A DNA stretch of 64,000 nt from an uncultured Burkholderiales bacterium (lineage in GTDB: Bacteria; Bacteroidota; Bacteroidia; UBA8524), in assembly GCA_964620355.1 (NCBI GenBank), contig CAZUIT010000012.1, positions 1,070 through 65,069 of the forward strand, read 5' to 3'. Under the pieces are notes generated by a model. It ran no database searches. It had not been told where the DNA came from and saw only the letters and a program-made list of their open reading frames with translations. The translations under genes were made by a program, and so were the position numbers. This document shows, piece by piece, positions 1 to 10,283 of the stretch; the stretch's first letter is position 1, and the number at the start of each line of letters is the position of its first letter.

Positions 1-716
1 GCACGCGCTTCTGCGTTTTGAGCAGCTGCATAATCGAGGGCTTCAATTAATGGAAGGTCTTGCACTTTGGATATCATCTGTTTGGTCCGAGCCAAGGATT
101 CGCCTGAAGTTTCTCTGCAAAGTTTGGCGGCAAAGGCATGAGAAAATTCATTGAGATCAGATCCTGGGATGATTTGATTGATTAATCCTAAGTCCTTGGC
201 GCGTTCTGCATCGAATACGTCACCTGTCAATAGGATTTCCTTGGCCTTTCCTTCTCCAATTTTGCGCAATAGGAAGACCTTTACAATAGCCGGAATAAAC
301 CCGATGCGGACTTCCGTATAACCAAACTTGGCCTCTGGTACAGAAAAGGAGAAATCGCAGACAGTCGCTAGTCCACAGCCTCCAGCCAGGGCATGACCTT
401 GGATCCGAGCAATAAAGACTTTCGGACTGTTGTAAATCATAAAAAAGAGCTCCATCAAATGCTGGGAATCAGCCAGGTTCTCTTCATAGGTGTTTCTTTG
501 CAAGGCTTTCAGATAGGCCAAATCTGCTCCCGCACAGAAGGCATCGCCATTCGCTGCAAGGATCACTACTTTGCAGTCGGCATCAGATTCAGCTTTTTGC
601 ACGGCAGCCTTAATCTGACTTACCATATCATAGCTCAATGCATTTCTTTTATCCGGACGATTTAGGGTGATATAGCCTACACGTTCCCTTACTTGATAAT
701 CAACGAGTACTTCCAT
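1..716 (-). CDS. Enoyl-CoA hydratase/isomerase (methylglutaconyl-CoA hydratase-like), 3' end outside window
   Basis: Not in the ORF track. Manual reverse-strand translation from ATG at 716 gives MEVLVDYQVRERVGYITLNRPDKRNALS...FCAGADL...GHALAGGCGL...PEAKFGYTEVRIGF, which are crotonase-family motifs. Overlaps the comEC stop. Confidence 0.9.
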   Translation of the reverse strand, partial: MEVLVDYQVRERVGYITLNRPDKRNALSYDMVSQIKAAVQKAESDADCKVVILAANGDAFCAGADLAYLKALQRNTYEENLADSQHLMELFFMIYNSPKVFIARIQGHALAGGCGLATVCDFSFSVPEAKFGYTEVRIGFIPAIVKVFLLRKIGEGKAKEILLTGDVFDAERAKDLGLINQIIPGSDLNEFSHAFAAKLCRETSGESLARTKQMISKVQDLPLIEALDYAAAQNAEAR

Positions 717-2721
717 AGTTTAATTCAAATGCGCCTTCTGTTCGAATATCATACAAAGAAAGCCGCAAGGAATCAGCTTGTTTTTGCCAATGCTTTCGGG
801 ATTTCCAACTCAGGTTTCTGGCGAGCACAATGTTACAAAAATTGAGTGAGTCGAGCAGGACCGGCAGGCTCCCGTGCGCATCTTTTTCTAAAATAAGTAC
901 TGTTTTGAGTGAAGATTTTGGAAAGGAGCAAGGCGTCTCGGACTGATAGAAGAGGTAACGTGTAGAATCTATCACCACACTGCTTCCCCAGTTGTGAGGA
1001 TCTTGTTTCGCGGTGTCGAATTGCGAGATGCTCTTTTGTCTATAAAAGACCTTTCTTGATTCTTGAATGGATGAGTCATGTGCATTGAAAAGCAATACCC
1101 GGTTTCCTTGATGGAAATCCATAGGAGTACTTGATTTAGAGGAATAGATAATAATTCCAGCTTGATTTTTCATGGTCAACTCTTCATATCCCTGCCATGA
1201 AACAAAAAGACAGGTGAGAAGAATTCCAGTAAAGATGGGTTCGGTATGGTTTAATTTAATGCGCAGGACGAAACACAAGAGCAATCCATAACAAAGCAAT
1301 ACGGCGGAAATGTCCAAGGATTCGATTGGGACGGCCGCATTGGGCAAGCTGCTCAACTGGGTGGCAAGCCAATGAGTCAAACTTAAAAGATGATCAAGTA
1401 ACCAAGAAACAGGTTTTGCAAGCCAGCTTATTTGGTTTGCGAGAAGCATAGAAATTCCGCCATACATCAAGGGGGCGGCGAGGGGCACAATCAATAGATT
1501 TCCTAGCAGAAAATAAAGCGGGAATTGATGAAAGTAGAACATGGCAATTGGAGCCGTAGCCAATTGTGCCGCGATGGAGATTTGCAAATAGGCCCTGAAC
1601 CAGTGAATCACTTTTTGTTTCCTACTTTTCGATCGAGAAGGCGATTGATTGACCAGCAGAATTCCGCTTAAAGCCAAAAAGGAGAGCTGAAATCCTGCAT
1701 TAAAAAGCAATTGAGAATCCCAGACTAAGAGAACAATTAAGGCAAAGGCGATGGCATTCCAGCTTCGGTGCTCACGCTGCAAGGCTTCAGCAAGAAGGTA
1801 GAGACTGCACATGCTTACGGCACGCATAACTGAAGGAGATAGTCCAGTGAACAACGCAAAGGCCCATAGAAGCAGGATGAGTAAAGCATTCTTTAGCACA
1901 CTATTTCGAATCCATCGAAGACTTTGACTGAGCAAGAGCAACAGAATACCTACATGCATTCCCGATACGGCCAGCATATGCATGGTCCCACTTTTGGCGT
2001 AGACTTCGCGGATTTCAGGAATCAATTCTTGGCTATAACCAGTAAGTAGTGCCTTGAGGATGGCCCTGTTTTCCACGGATGAAATATGCATGTCAATGGT
2101 CGTCAGGATGGAATTTCGGCATTGGACTGCAAAGCGCTTTAGGCCAGGCTGTTCGGATAGTTTGGTCCAGCTTCCTGAATCTATCCAAACTTGGGTATAG
2201 ATGTCTTTTCGTCCCATGAAGGAGGCGTAATCAAAGGAGGTAGGATTTTGAGGAGAAGAGATAGGTCTTATATCGCCATTTAGAAGCAAGACATCGCCAG
2301 GAAGCAGGTTTCGAGCAGAGACATCGTCTTTTACACTAAGCTGAGTCTTTTGATTGCCACGCTTAAATGAGGCCTGCAGGCTATCATAATGAAGGACTTC
2401 CGCTTCCATTGAGACCCGTTCATCTTTGATTTTTGGTTCAGATAGTAGTTCAAGGGCAAAATTTTGACTCACTAGAATTGGAGCTGGACTTGTGCGTTGT
2501 TGAGCATGCAATAAAGCGCCAAAGGCTATATAGATAGAAGGAACTAAGAAGTTTATTCGTTTCCATGAGCCGCTTCTGAATCCGAGAATGGCAATTATGT
2601 TTAGCAGGACAAGAATAAGGATCCAGGCTAAATGGTGGATGTTTAACTCAATCAGGAGTATTCCGCTAAGAAGGAATAGTGCAGGTCGAAATAAAGGGTT
2701 CTGACGCCAAAAGTGGTACAT
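700..2721 (-). CDS. comEC: ComEC/Rec2 competence protein
   Basis: Motifs NPTSFDY, SGTMHMLAVSGMHVG, TGLSPSVMRA, GFQLSFLA; multiple TM segments. Confidence 0.92.
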   Translation of the reverse strand: MYHFWRQNPLFRPALFLLSGILLIELNIHHLAWILILVLLNIIAILGFRSGSWKRINFLVPSIYIAFGALLHAQQRTSPAPILVSQNFALELLSEPKIKDERVSMEAEVLHYDSLQASFKRGNQKTQLSVKDDVSARNLLPGDVLLLNGDIRPISSPQNPTSFDYASFMGRKDIYTQVWIDSGSWTKLSEQPGLKRFAVQCRNSILTTIDMHISSVENRAILKALLTGYSQELIPEIREVYAKSGTMHMLAVSGMHVGILLLLLSQSLRWIRNSVLKNALLILLLWAFALFTGLSPSVMRAVSMCSLYLLAEALQREHRSWNAIAFALIVLLVWDSQLLFNAGFQLSFLALSGILLVNQSPSRSKSRKQKVIHWFRAYLQISIAAQLATAPIAMFYFHQFPLYFLLGNLLIVPLAAPLMYGGISMLLANQISWLAKPVSWLLDHLLSLTHWLATQLSSLPNAAVPIESLDISAVLLCYGLLLCFVLRIKLNHTEPIFTGILLTCLFVSWQGYEELTMKNQAGIIIYSSKSSTPMDFHQGNRVLLFNAHDSSIQESRKVFYRQKSISQFDTAKQDPHNWGSSVVIDSTRYLFYQSETPCSFPKSSLKTVLILEKDAHGSLPVLLDSLNFCNIVLARNLSWKSRKHWQKQADSLRLSLYDIRTEGAFELNYGSTR

Positions 2722-2804
2722 GCCAGCAAGGCATCAAAGCATGTGCTAGTCGGCTAGTTTTGTGTCACGGGAAAGTCAAAAGGGGGTCAGGACTGGGTCA
2801 AGAT

Positions 2805-3722
2805 TTAACCCAAATACCTTCTGCGTACTAAATTGGCTAGTTCGAGGAAGTTTTTATCCTCATCATCCCATTTGTGTTCGGAGCGCAGATCATGGAGGTA
2901 GCTAAAGGCCTCATCACCTGATGTGAGGTTATTCATGTGGTGGATAGAGTAGGCGTATTTCTCCACGTTCCCAGCGAATAGCGCGTTGATGAACTCGAAT
3001 TTTTTGGCGATGCTGATGGCCTTCTTCAAGTCGTTGATAGGCGTATTGCTGAATTTATGCGCCAGGTCATTCGCTTCTTCTTCATTATTGGCACCCTTGA
3101 TGGCGTCGGCTTCAACTTTGGCTTCAGCGGCTAGGACCTTTTCTTCTGAAGGGGTTTCCTCTTCGACAGGCTCAGAGACCGGTTTCGTAGAGGTATTGGG
3201 TTCTGGGTTTTGGGTTCTGGCAGGGGTTTCCTCTTCGACAGGCTCAGAGACCGGTGCTGCGGGGGTTTCGGGTTCTGGGTTTTGGGTTTGGGTAGGGGCT
3301 TCCTCTTCGACAGGCTCAGAGACCGGTGCTTCAACCTCAATCTCTTCGACAGGCTTGGAGACCGGTGCTTCAGCTTCAATCTCTTCGACAGGCTTGGAGA
3401 CCGGTGCTTCAACTTCAATCTCTTCGACAAGCTCAGGGACCGGTGTCTCCTTCTCAACCTTAGGGCTTACAGCAATAGGCTCCTCTTTAATTTTCGTTGA
3501 TTCTAAGCCATGGTCTGCGGTCAACGGACTATGGTCTGCCGTCTTCTCCTTCATCACCAATCTTAACCGATTCACCTCTTCATACAAGTCAATGGTATGC
3601 TTACGCAGCAAATCGATATCGAGAACAGATACATCGTTCCGGGTTTTTAGGTCGGCATTAAGTTGGGAAATTTGAGCCGTTAAAGCCGCAATCGATTCGT
3701 GGGTATTATTTCTGTTCGCCAT
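2805..3722 (-). CDS. Hypothetical protein: N-terminal coiled coil, acidic Pro/Glu repeat linker, conserved-looking C-terminal domain
   Basis: ORF 2805-3779, probable ATG at 3722 (MANRNN). C-terminus DLKKAISIAKKFEFINALFAG...LVRRRY resembles a Bacteroidota hypothetical family. Confidence 0.8.
   Translation of the reverse strand: MANRNNTHESIAALTAQISQLNADLKTRNDVSVLDIDLLRKHTIDLYEEVNRLRLVMKEKTADHSPLTADHGLESTKIKEEPIAVSPKVEKETPVPELVEEIEVEAPVSKPVEEIEAEAPVSKPVEEIEVEAPVSEPVEEEAPTQTQNPEPETPAAPVSEPVEEETPARTQNPEPNTSTKPVSEPVEEETPSEEKVLAAEAKVEADAIKGANNEEEANDLAHKFSNTPINDLKKAISIAKKFEFINALFAGNVEKYAYSIHHMNNLTSGDEAFSYLHDLRSEHKWDDEDKNFLELANLVRRRYLG
3159..3443. repeat. Six in-frame copies of the REP-like motif CTCTTCGACA(G/A)GCT(CA/TG)G(A/G)GACCGG, encoding PVS(E/K)PVEE and PVPELVEE
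   Basis: Copies at 3159, 3231, 3303, 3342, 3381 and 3420, with 72-bp and then 39-bp periods. Confidence 0.9.
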
Positions 3723-3837
3723 GTGCTTGTACTTGTACCGAACAAAATTAAGCCCGTCATTTGCATTGACTCCATGCAAGGGCCATTATTAATACACATT
3801 GGAATGTGCAGAAAGGAGGGAAGCAAGAAAAAGCAGT

Positions 3838-4413
3838 ATGTTTATTGAGCCGAGACATCGACCAGGGAGTGAAAAAGGATGGATAGAAGTGATCTGTGGT
3901 TCCATGTTTTCAGGAAAAACGGAGGAATTGATTCGCCGCGTACGACGTGCTCAGTTTGCTAAACAACTCATTGAGATTTATAAGCCAGCAACCGATACGC
4001 GCTATCATGAAACGGATGTGGTTTCGCATGATGAAAATTCGATATCGGCAGTGGCGGTTGACTCTTCCGTTAACATTTTACTCTTGTATAATGGCGCAGA
4101 GGTAGTGGCCATAGATGAAGCTCAGTTTTTTGATCATGAATTACCTCGGGTTTGTGATGAGCTTGCCTCCAAAGGAGTTCGGGTTATAGTCGCAGGCTTG
4201 GATATGGATTTTCGCGGCAATCCATTTGGTCCGATGCCCAACCTCATGGCCAAAGCTGAATTTGTAACGAAAGTCCATGCGATATGTGCTCATTGTGGCG
4301 ATGTGGCCTTATATTCCTTTCGTATTAAGCCTGATGCAAACCAAATTGTATTGGGAGAAAAGGATAGTTATGAACCGAGATGCCGCAAACATTTCGAGGA
4401 AGGAATGGGGTAA
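3838..4413 (+). CDS. tdk: Thymidine kinase
   Basis: GSMFSGKTEEL P-loop, IDEAQFF, AGLDMDF, Zn-binding CxxC...C. Confidence 0.97.
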   Translation: MFIEPRHRPGSEKGWIEVICGSMFSGKTEELIRRVRRAQFAKQLIEIYKPATDTRYHETDVVSHDENSISAVAVDSSVNILLLYNGAEVVAIDEAQFFDHELPRVCDELASKGVRVIVAGLDMDFRGNPFGPMPNLMAKAEFVTKVHAICAHCGDVALYSFRIKPDANQIVLGEKDSYEPRCRKHFEEGMG

Positions 4414-4416
4414 ACC

Positions 4417-5244
4417 ATGTATAAAATTATTCGGCACTTAAGTATTGATGTGGCCATAGGAGCGGCTGCCATGATGTACCTTGTTGCAGGATATTTGGGT
4501 ACCCAGGTTGATGGCGTTTACTATTTTCTCCTCTCTCTCATCACTTGGCTGATCTATACTACCGATCATTTAATGGATGCTCGAAATATCAAGCACGAGG
4601 CCAGTACTCCAAGACATCGCTTCCATCAGAAATACTATAAACCAATCCTTACGGCAGCCATCATTGGACTTTTCCTGTTTGTTGGACTTATTCCGCGTCA
4701 AACTGCTGAATCGCTTTTTCGTTTGTCGCTTGGTCTTTCGGGACTAATTCTGCTTTATTTTCTCAGTCTTATTTGGGCACGCAAGACGCAATACCGCTAT
4801 GTATTTAAAGAGTTGTTTATTGCAGCCTGTTATACGCTTGGAATTAGCCTTGTTCCTGTATTTCAATCTTGGCCGATTGATCTAAATAATTGGCTGTTTT
4901 TACTTGTAATATTCTTCTTGGCTTTAAGTAATCTCCTTCTTTTTTCAGTTCGGGAATTTCAAAACGACCTCAAAGATGAAAACCCGTCGGCCATCCGTTT
5001 TATGGGAATTCAATCATTAACTAGAATTCTTCAAGTTTTGATTTGGGTACAAATTATACATAGCCTCTATCTATTTTTAGTAGATGACATGATGCATGGA
5101 TTGCTTCTTCTCATAATGGGTGTTATGATGGCTTGCCTCTATTATTTCCCTCGATACTTTATTAAAAATGAGGCGTATCGGGTAGTAGGGGATGGGATTT
5201 TTTTGGTGCCATTGCTTTTATTAATTTCCCATTTGTTCTCATAA
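4417..5244 (+). CDS. UbiA prenyltransferase-like integral membrane protein
   Basis: About 8 TM helices; YTTDHLMD and NLLLFSVREFQNDLKDE acidic motifs. Confidence 0.6.
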   Translation: MYKIIRHLSIDVAIGAAAMMYLVAGYLGTQVDGVYYFLLSLITWLIYTTDHLMDARNIKHEASTPRHRFHQKYYKPILTAAIIGLFLFVGLIPRQTAESLFRLSLGLSGLILLYFLSLIWARKTQYRYVFKELFIAACYTLGISLVPVFQSWPIDLNNWLFLLVIFFLALSNLLLFSVREFQNDLKDENPSAIRFMGIQSLTRILQVLIWVQIIHSLYLFLVDDMMHGLLLLIMGVMMACLYYFPRYFIKNEAYRVVGDGIFLVPLLLLISHLFS

Positions 5245-5285
5245 ATTCACCTATCTCTTAGGATTTATTACTTATTTTGCCTCAA

Positions 5286-8200
5286 ATGAACCGGCAACTG
5301 TATCGAGGCATTATATTGGTCCTTATTAGTTTTACTCAAATTTGCTCCTATGGCTCTGATTACTACTGGGTTGGTGGTAAAGGTTCTTGGAATGATATCA
5401 GTCATTGGTCGTCAACTTCAGGCGGCATACCCAGTTATACGGTTATCCCTGGTCCAAATGATAATGTCTTTTTCGATTCAAACAGCTTTTCGTCTAATTC
5501 AGATTCGGTTTTTCTTACCACTGCGGCTTTTTCAAATAGCTTTTCCTACCAATTATCCTATAATGTAGCGTTTAAATCCTCTGGAAGTGGCGGTAAATTG
5601 ACAGTTGAAGGCGATTTAGTACTTAGACCTGGCTCGGATCTTAACATTGTTTTTTACGTTAAATCCAATTCGAATGTCAATCAATTAGGTATTTCAGGGT
5701 GTAGGCTTCGGTGGTTAGTTCTATTTGGTAATGGCTATTGGGAACTGAACGATTTTGCAGAAATAAATGAATTTTTTCTGCAGCAAGGAAAGCTTGTGAT
5801 TAAGTCGGATTCATTCACCTTCACCAATATTTATAGTAATACACAGTATGGAGCAAATAAGACATGCATCCAATTTGAGTCGAGATTTGCACGGGTGGAG
5901 CATTTTAATATGGATGATGATAGTATCTTGGCTGAAAATACAGTCATATATGGATTAGGATCCTTAAATACTAGAAATGCAGGCTATGCCCGGTTTGGCG
6001 AGGTTCATTTGAGTTCAATAACGGGAAGTGTAGGAATTAGTTTTAATAGCGGTTCCATACGTCGACTTTACTGCATTGGCAAAACAGTGAATGTCAGTCA
6101 GGCAACCTCACTAATCGATTCTATATTTTTAGAACAAGGTCAGACTATAAATTTCTCTAATTATCCGATAAATATTGGACATTTTGAAGGCTCGGGTACC
6201 TGTTCTCAACCAATTAAATTTATTGGATCCCAAATTACTGGGTCAACAATCCAAGGGATACAATCCTCAAATGTAAGTTTCGCTCTGTTTAGGAATATGC
6301 ATTTTGCCGGAACCCTGAACGCTACAAATAGTATCGATTTGGTCGGTAATACGGGACTAAATATTCAAAGCTCTCAAACTAGTCAAACCTATTATTGGAT
6401 TGGTGGTGCTGGACAATTCGAGGACCCATCTCACTGGTCTTCGAGCTCTGGAGGGAACCCAGCATCTTGCTACCCAAAAGAAGGAGATACTGCTGTATTT
6501 GATGGTAATTCATTCACCCAACCAGACACCGTTTTTTATAGTAAATCGATTGACTTAGGAGGCCTAATTATTACTACGGATAAGGTGTATTTCAAAGACC
6601 CATCTACACCGGTGAATCAGTTTAATTTATTTGGAAACCTGCACTTGGGAACGCATGTTTTTGGGATGGATAGCGCCAATGTTGATTTTATTTTGGGAAA
6701 TGATGCTTCAGCGCGTTGTTCGGGTACAAAGCTGGAAAGCATTGAAATTTTTAGCCAGTCAAATGCCTTGATCTTATTGGATGATACCATCAAGGTGAAT
6801 AGCATTTTGTTGAGAAATGGGGAATTAAATATTGACGGGCGCGTGGTCAATTGCATAAGTTTTGGAGGAAATTCTATTCAAAATATTTCCTTCAGCATGA
6901 TCAATAGTACAATCAATGCACAAAATTTTGTCATGAAGATTTTGAGTGGTAGCTTGAACGCTTCTGGTTCAAAGGTCTTTGCAAGTAGGAGTTTTTACGC
7001 AAGTGGTTCAATTGTTCATTTGCCATATGTTTCGCTCAAGTCACAGGAGTCTGAAAAAATAGCTGTCACCTTCCTCGTTGCTCACGTCGGATATTTTAGC
7101 ATGGATGGAAATATTGATATGACTGCCTATGATGGAGAAGTGGACACACTTTCATTAGAGCCAGGGAGTTTATTGGATATTTATCAGCAAAATGATCCCT
7201 TAACGATTAATGATGCATTCATAGCTCGTGCAACATGCATGAATCGAATTCGGATTTTGGATGCACGGTTTAAATTTCTTTCAAGCACCCAATTAAATTT
7301 TGAATACATCGATTTTGAAGATGTAAGCATGACTGGTCAAAACGGTATTAGCGCCACCAATTCTTCGAAAGTCCATTTTTGCAGTGGCTTTAACGTGGCA
7401 AATCCATCGAGTTCAAAAAAATATTGGATAGGCGGGAAGGGAAACTGGTTTAATCCAATACATTGGTCTAATCAAAGTGGTGGCAGTGCGATAAACTGTG
7501 TCCCTTCGTGTGATGATACGGCAGTATTTGACCATAATTCATTTAGCAATTCTGGAGATACTGTATTCTTGAATGGAGGGATGATTCCATGCATAGGGTT
7601 TGTAGATGTATCTGGCTTGAATAACGTATTTTCTTTCAGCGGTAATTCTCTAACTACAAAATTTGGCGCGAGGTTAAGTTCCTTTTTAAATCCAACTACC
7701 AGCCTGAAGGTGGATCAAAAAGGTTCAGGAGGAAGCCTGATTGATTTTAATGGATTTTCAGGGCGAACATTGCAGCTAACCTTTGCCGGAAACGGACCAC
7801 ACCAGCTTTTTGGTCAAACGGATTCAGTCTTGGTGATTGAATGTAAAAATGGGGTAATGAATGTTCCTGCATCGAAAATGGTAATCGGATACCTCAGTGT
7901 TGGCGATAAAGATGTTCGAATGGTCACATCAAACTATCCTAAAACAGAGGTACGCTTACTTGCCAATGAATCGTATAAAATCGCCGCTATTGGTTTGATT
8001 GGAATTGGAACATTGCATGCCGATTCAAGCAGAGTGACGAGCCAAACGGCTTTTCAAGACTCAAGGGTGACTAAATCCATAACCAGGTTTGAGCAATTCA
8101 TCGTAGAGCCGGCATCTAAAGAACTCTTAAAAAAGCCATTTTTTATGGTGGGAGGAAGCATTGAAGCCAGAGCAGTTACTTTTAATAGAAATGGAGCAAT

Positions 8201-10274
8201 ACAGCCTCAGTTACTCGTTAAGTGTGATTCATTTAGGATTTTTGGCGCTGATAATCTCGTCATGACTTACTCATCATCCATTGAAGTGGCAGATTACTTT
8301 TTTGCTCAAGGAAATAATTGCTATAAGCTGATTCTTTCTGGTTTAGGGGGCAGTGCAAGTATTCGTTCCAATACGGCTGATTTTAATTGCGATCACCTGA
8401 TTATTGATGAAGTGGAAGCGATAGGGGCGGCTAATTTTTATGCTGGAACTTATTCTCAACTGACGGGTACTACTGGCCAGTGGGTCCAAGGTGCGAATCC
8501 AAATTTAGCAACTCGATTTAATGGAGATACAGTGTCTGCTTGTGGCGACTCCATTTTTATTGACTTATTCCCTTATTACGGAGCCGCCGATTCGGTACGA
8601 CTTTCTAATGGAATTACTGTGTTTAGATCTTGGACAAAGGATACGGGAATCATCTATATTCAAGCCTATTATGATTTAGGGTGCACCATCTATGACACAT
8701 TATGGATTAACAGAAAAACTCTTTCGCCAAGACTACTTGGAACTGACACTTTTGCTTGCGGGCAAGATTCTTTGAAAATTGGCGCACTTAAAAACTTTTC
8801 AAATCCTTGGCAAACAAAATGGAGCACTGGTTCAACAGGCGATTCCTTAATGATTAGTCATAGCGGAAATTATTGGTTCGAAATCTTTCAACCAGGCTGT
8901 CTTTATCGAGATTCGATTGAAGTGTATTTGGGAAAAGAATTTCACTCACCAATGAGTGTTCAAGATACTTTTCTTTGTGCCGGAGATTCGCTGTTGGTCA
9001 ACCTAAAAGAGGCTTCTGGCTATTTAGTTTCGTGGAGTGATCAGGCTTCTGGCCATAACCGATATCTGAAAGATGAAGGCACTTTCATCTATACAATCAA
9101 AGATTCGAGTTGTGAAAGCAGTGATAGTTTTCAGGTACGCTTAATCAATTTGAAAGTAACTATTCTAGGCGACACGCAATTTTGTGAAGGAGACTCTATT
9201 CAACTTTCGCCTTTACAATCTTCGGGTGCATTTACCTGGCAAGATGGTTCAACAAAAACCGATTATTGGGCGAAAACAAATGGTTCGTTTATGCTGATGC
9301 GACGAGACTCTGGGTGTATTGCCATTGATACGCATTCCGCAATGCTGCAGAGCAAACCCCAGCTTATTATTTCAGGGGATACTAGCTTTTGTGAAGGAGA
9401 TAGTATTTCGCTCTCCGTGCAAAGTAATGTCGCTTCATGGCAATGGTTAGATGGTCAAACACATAGCCCCCTTTGGGTGAAGAAGGCGGGAAGTTATAAG
9501 GTTCAAACGATTAATGTGCTGTGTGCAAACCAAGACTCGTTTGTGGTAAGCATGCGCAGTGTACCCATGTATCAATTCCCTGATACAACGCTTTGTGCAG
9601 GTCAGAATATTCAAATACCCTTAGCTGGATTTCCCTCAGGGCTTGAAGTGTTTATGAATGGAACCAACCAATCGGACATGATGCAACTCGAACAAGCGGG
9701 AAGCTATTTTATTCGGTTCGAACAAGACAAATGTGTTGGTTATGATACAATTCATCTGGATTATTTTCCACCAATACCTTCCAACATGACAGATTCCATT
9801 GATTTCTGTTCTATACAAAACCGGTTGTTGGAAGTGCCGCTTGATACTCCATACAGCTATTTTTGGGAAGGCACTATGCTAACCTATGATGAAGTTTATA
9901 TCGATACGGCTGGTGAATATGAATTACTGATTACGGATTCTTCGGGGTGTGAATTGGCCAAGAGTATTCATATATATGACTGTGCCTGCAAACTCTATTT
10001 CCCCAATGCAATAACAATCAATGAGGATAATAAGAATGAGCAATTCATTGGTTCTGGATGTTCAACTGTAAGTTCCTATCGATTATTGATTTATAACCGC
10101 TGGGGTGAATTACTTTTTGAATCAACAAACCCAATGGAGGCTTGGGATGGAACGTATAAAGGCAGGGTCTGCGCTGAAGGAGTATACCTCTATTTGGTTT
10201 CTTATAATAATCAAGCGCAAACCGGAGCTCCGAGTCGTTTTCATGAGAAAGGAACTTTGACTATCTTACGGTAA
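5286..10274 (+). CDS. Large secreted adhesin-like protein with T9SS type B (gliding motility-associated) C-terminal domain
   Basis: Signal peptide; three YWxGGxG...HWS..SGG modules; GDTxFCEGDS Ig-like repeats; C-terminal PNAIT.N.D..NE.F...IYNRWGE...WDGTYKG...GVY.Y...KGTLTILR. Confidence 0.9.
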   Translation: MNRQLYRGIILVLISFTQICSYGSDYYWVGGKGSWNDISHWSSTSGGIPSYTVIPGPNDNVFFDSNSFSSNSDSVFLTTAAFSNSFSYQLSYNVAFKSSGSGGKLTVEGDLVLRPGSDLNIVFYVKSNSNVNQLGISGCRLRWLVLFGNGYWELNDFAEINEFFLQQGKLVIKSDSFTFTNIYSNTQYGANKTCIQFESRFARVEHFNMDDDSILAENTVIYGLGSLNTRNAGYARFGEVHLSSITGSVGISFNSGSIRRLYCIGKTVNVSQATSLIDSIFLEQGQTINFSNYPINIGHFEGSGTCSQPIKFIGSQITGSTIQGIQSSNVSFALFRNMHFAGTLNATNSIDLVGNTGLNIQSSQTSQTYYWIGGAGQFEDPSHWSSSSGGNPASCYPKEGDTAVFDGNSFTQPDTVFYSKSIDLGGLIITTDKVYFKDPSTPVNQFNLFGNLHLGTHVFGMDSANVDFILGNDASARCSGTKLESIEIFSQSNALILLDDTIKVNSILLRNGELNIDGRVVNCISFGGNSIQNISFSMINSTINAQNFVMKILSGSLNASGSKVFASRSFYASGSIVHLPYVSLKSQESEKIAVTFLVAHVGYFSMDGNIDMTAYDGEVDTLSLEPGSLLDIYQQNDPLTINDAFIARATCMNRIRILDARFKFLSSTQLNFEYIDFEDVSMTGQNGISATNSSKVHFCSGFNVANPSSSKKYWIGGKGNWFNPIHWSNQSGGSAINCVPSCDDTAVFDHNSFSNSGDTVFLNGGMIPCIGFVDVSGLNNVFSFSGNSLTTKFGARLSSFLNPTTSLKVDQKGSGGSLIDFNGFSGRTLQLTFAGNGPHQLFGQTDSVLVIECKNGVMNVPASKMVIGYLSVGDKDVRMVTSNYPKTEVRLLANESYKIAAIGLIGIGTLHADSSRVTSQTAFQDSRVTKSITRFEQFIVEPASKELLKKPFFMVGGSIEARAVTFNRNGAIQPQLLVKCDSFRIFGADNLVMTYSSSIEVADYFFAQGNNCYKLILSGLGGSASIRSNTADFNCDHLIIDEVEAIGAANFYAGTYSQLTGTTGQWVQGANPNLATRFNGDTVSACGDSIFIDLFPYYGAADSVRLSNGITVFRSWTKDTGIIYIQAYYDLGCTIYDTLWINRKTLSPRLLGTDTFACGQDSLKIGALKNFSNPWQTKWSTGSTGDSLMISHSGNYWFEIFQPGCLYRDSIEVYLGKEFHSPMSVQDTFLCAGDSLLVNLKEASGYLVSWSDQASGHNRYLKDEGTFIYTIKDSSCESSDSFQVRLINLKVTILGDTQFCEGDSIQLSPLQSSGAFTWQDGSTKTDYWAKTNGSFMLMRRDSGCIAIDTHSAMLQSKPQLIISGDTSFCEGDSISLSVQSNVASWQWLDGQTHSPLWVKKAGSYKVQTINVLCANQDSFVVSMRSVPMYQFPDTTLCAGQNIQIPLAGFPSGLEVFMNGTNQSDMMQLEQAGSYFIRFEQDKCVGYDTIHLDYFPPIPSNMTDSIDFCSIQNRLLEVPLDTPYSYFWEGTMLTYDEVYIDTAGEYELLITDSSGCELAKSIHIYDCACKLYFPNAITINEDNKNEQFIGSGCSTVSSYRLLIYNRWGELLFESTNPMEAWDGTYKGRVCAEGVYLYLVSYNNQAQTGAPSRFHEKGTLTILR

Positions 10275-10283
10275 GTAAGATGC

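Noticed and set aside
393-665. 90-aa + strand ORF
   Set aside because: Antisense shadow of the enoyl-CoA hydratase gene.
3159-3443. Possible CRISPR array (24-bp repeats)
   Set aside because: Spacers are related to each other and of two lengths, the repeats are in frame in a CDS, and no cas genes are present.
2986-3675. Overlapping ORFs 2986-3675, 3131-3457 and 3210-3500
   Set aside because: Alternative frames of stop-poor repeat DNA (LSLSK and FDRL translations).
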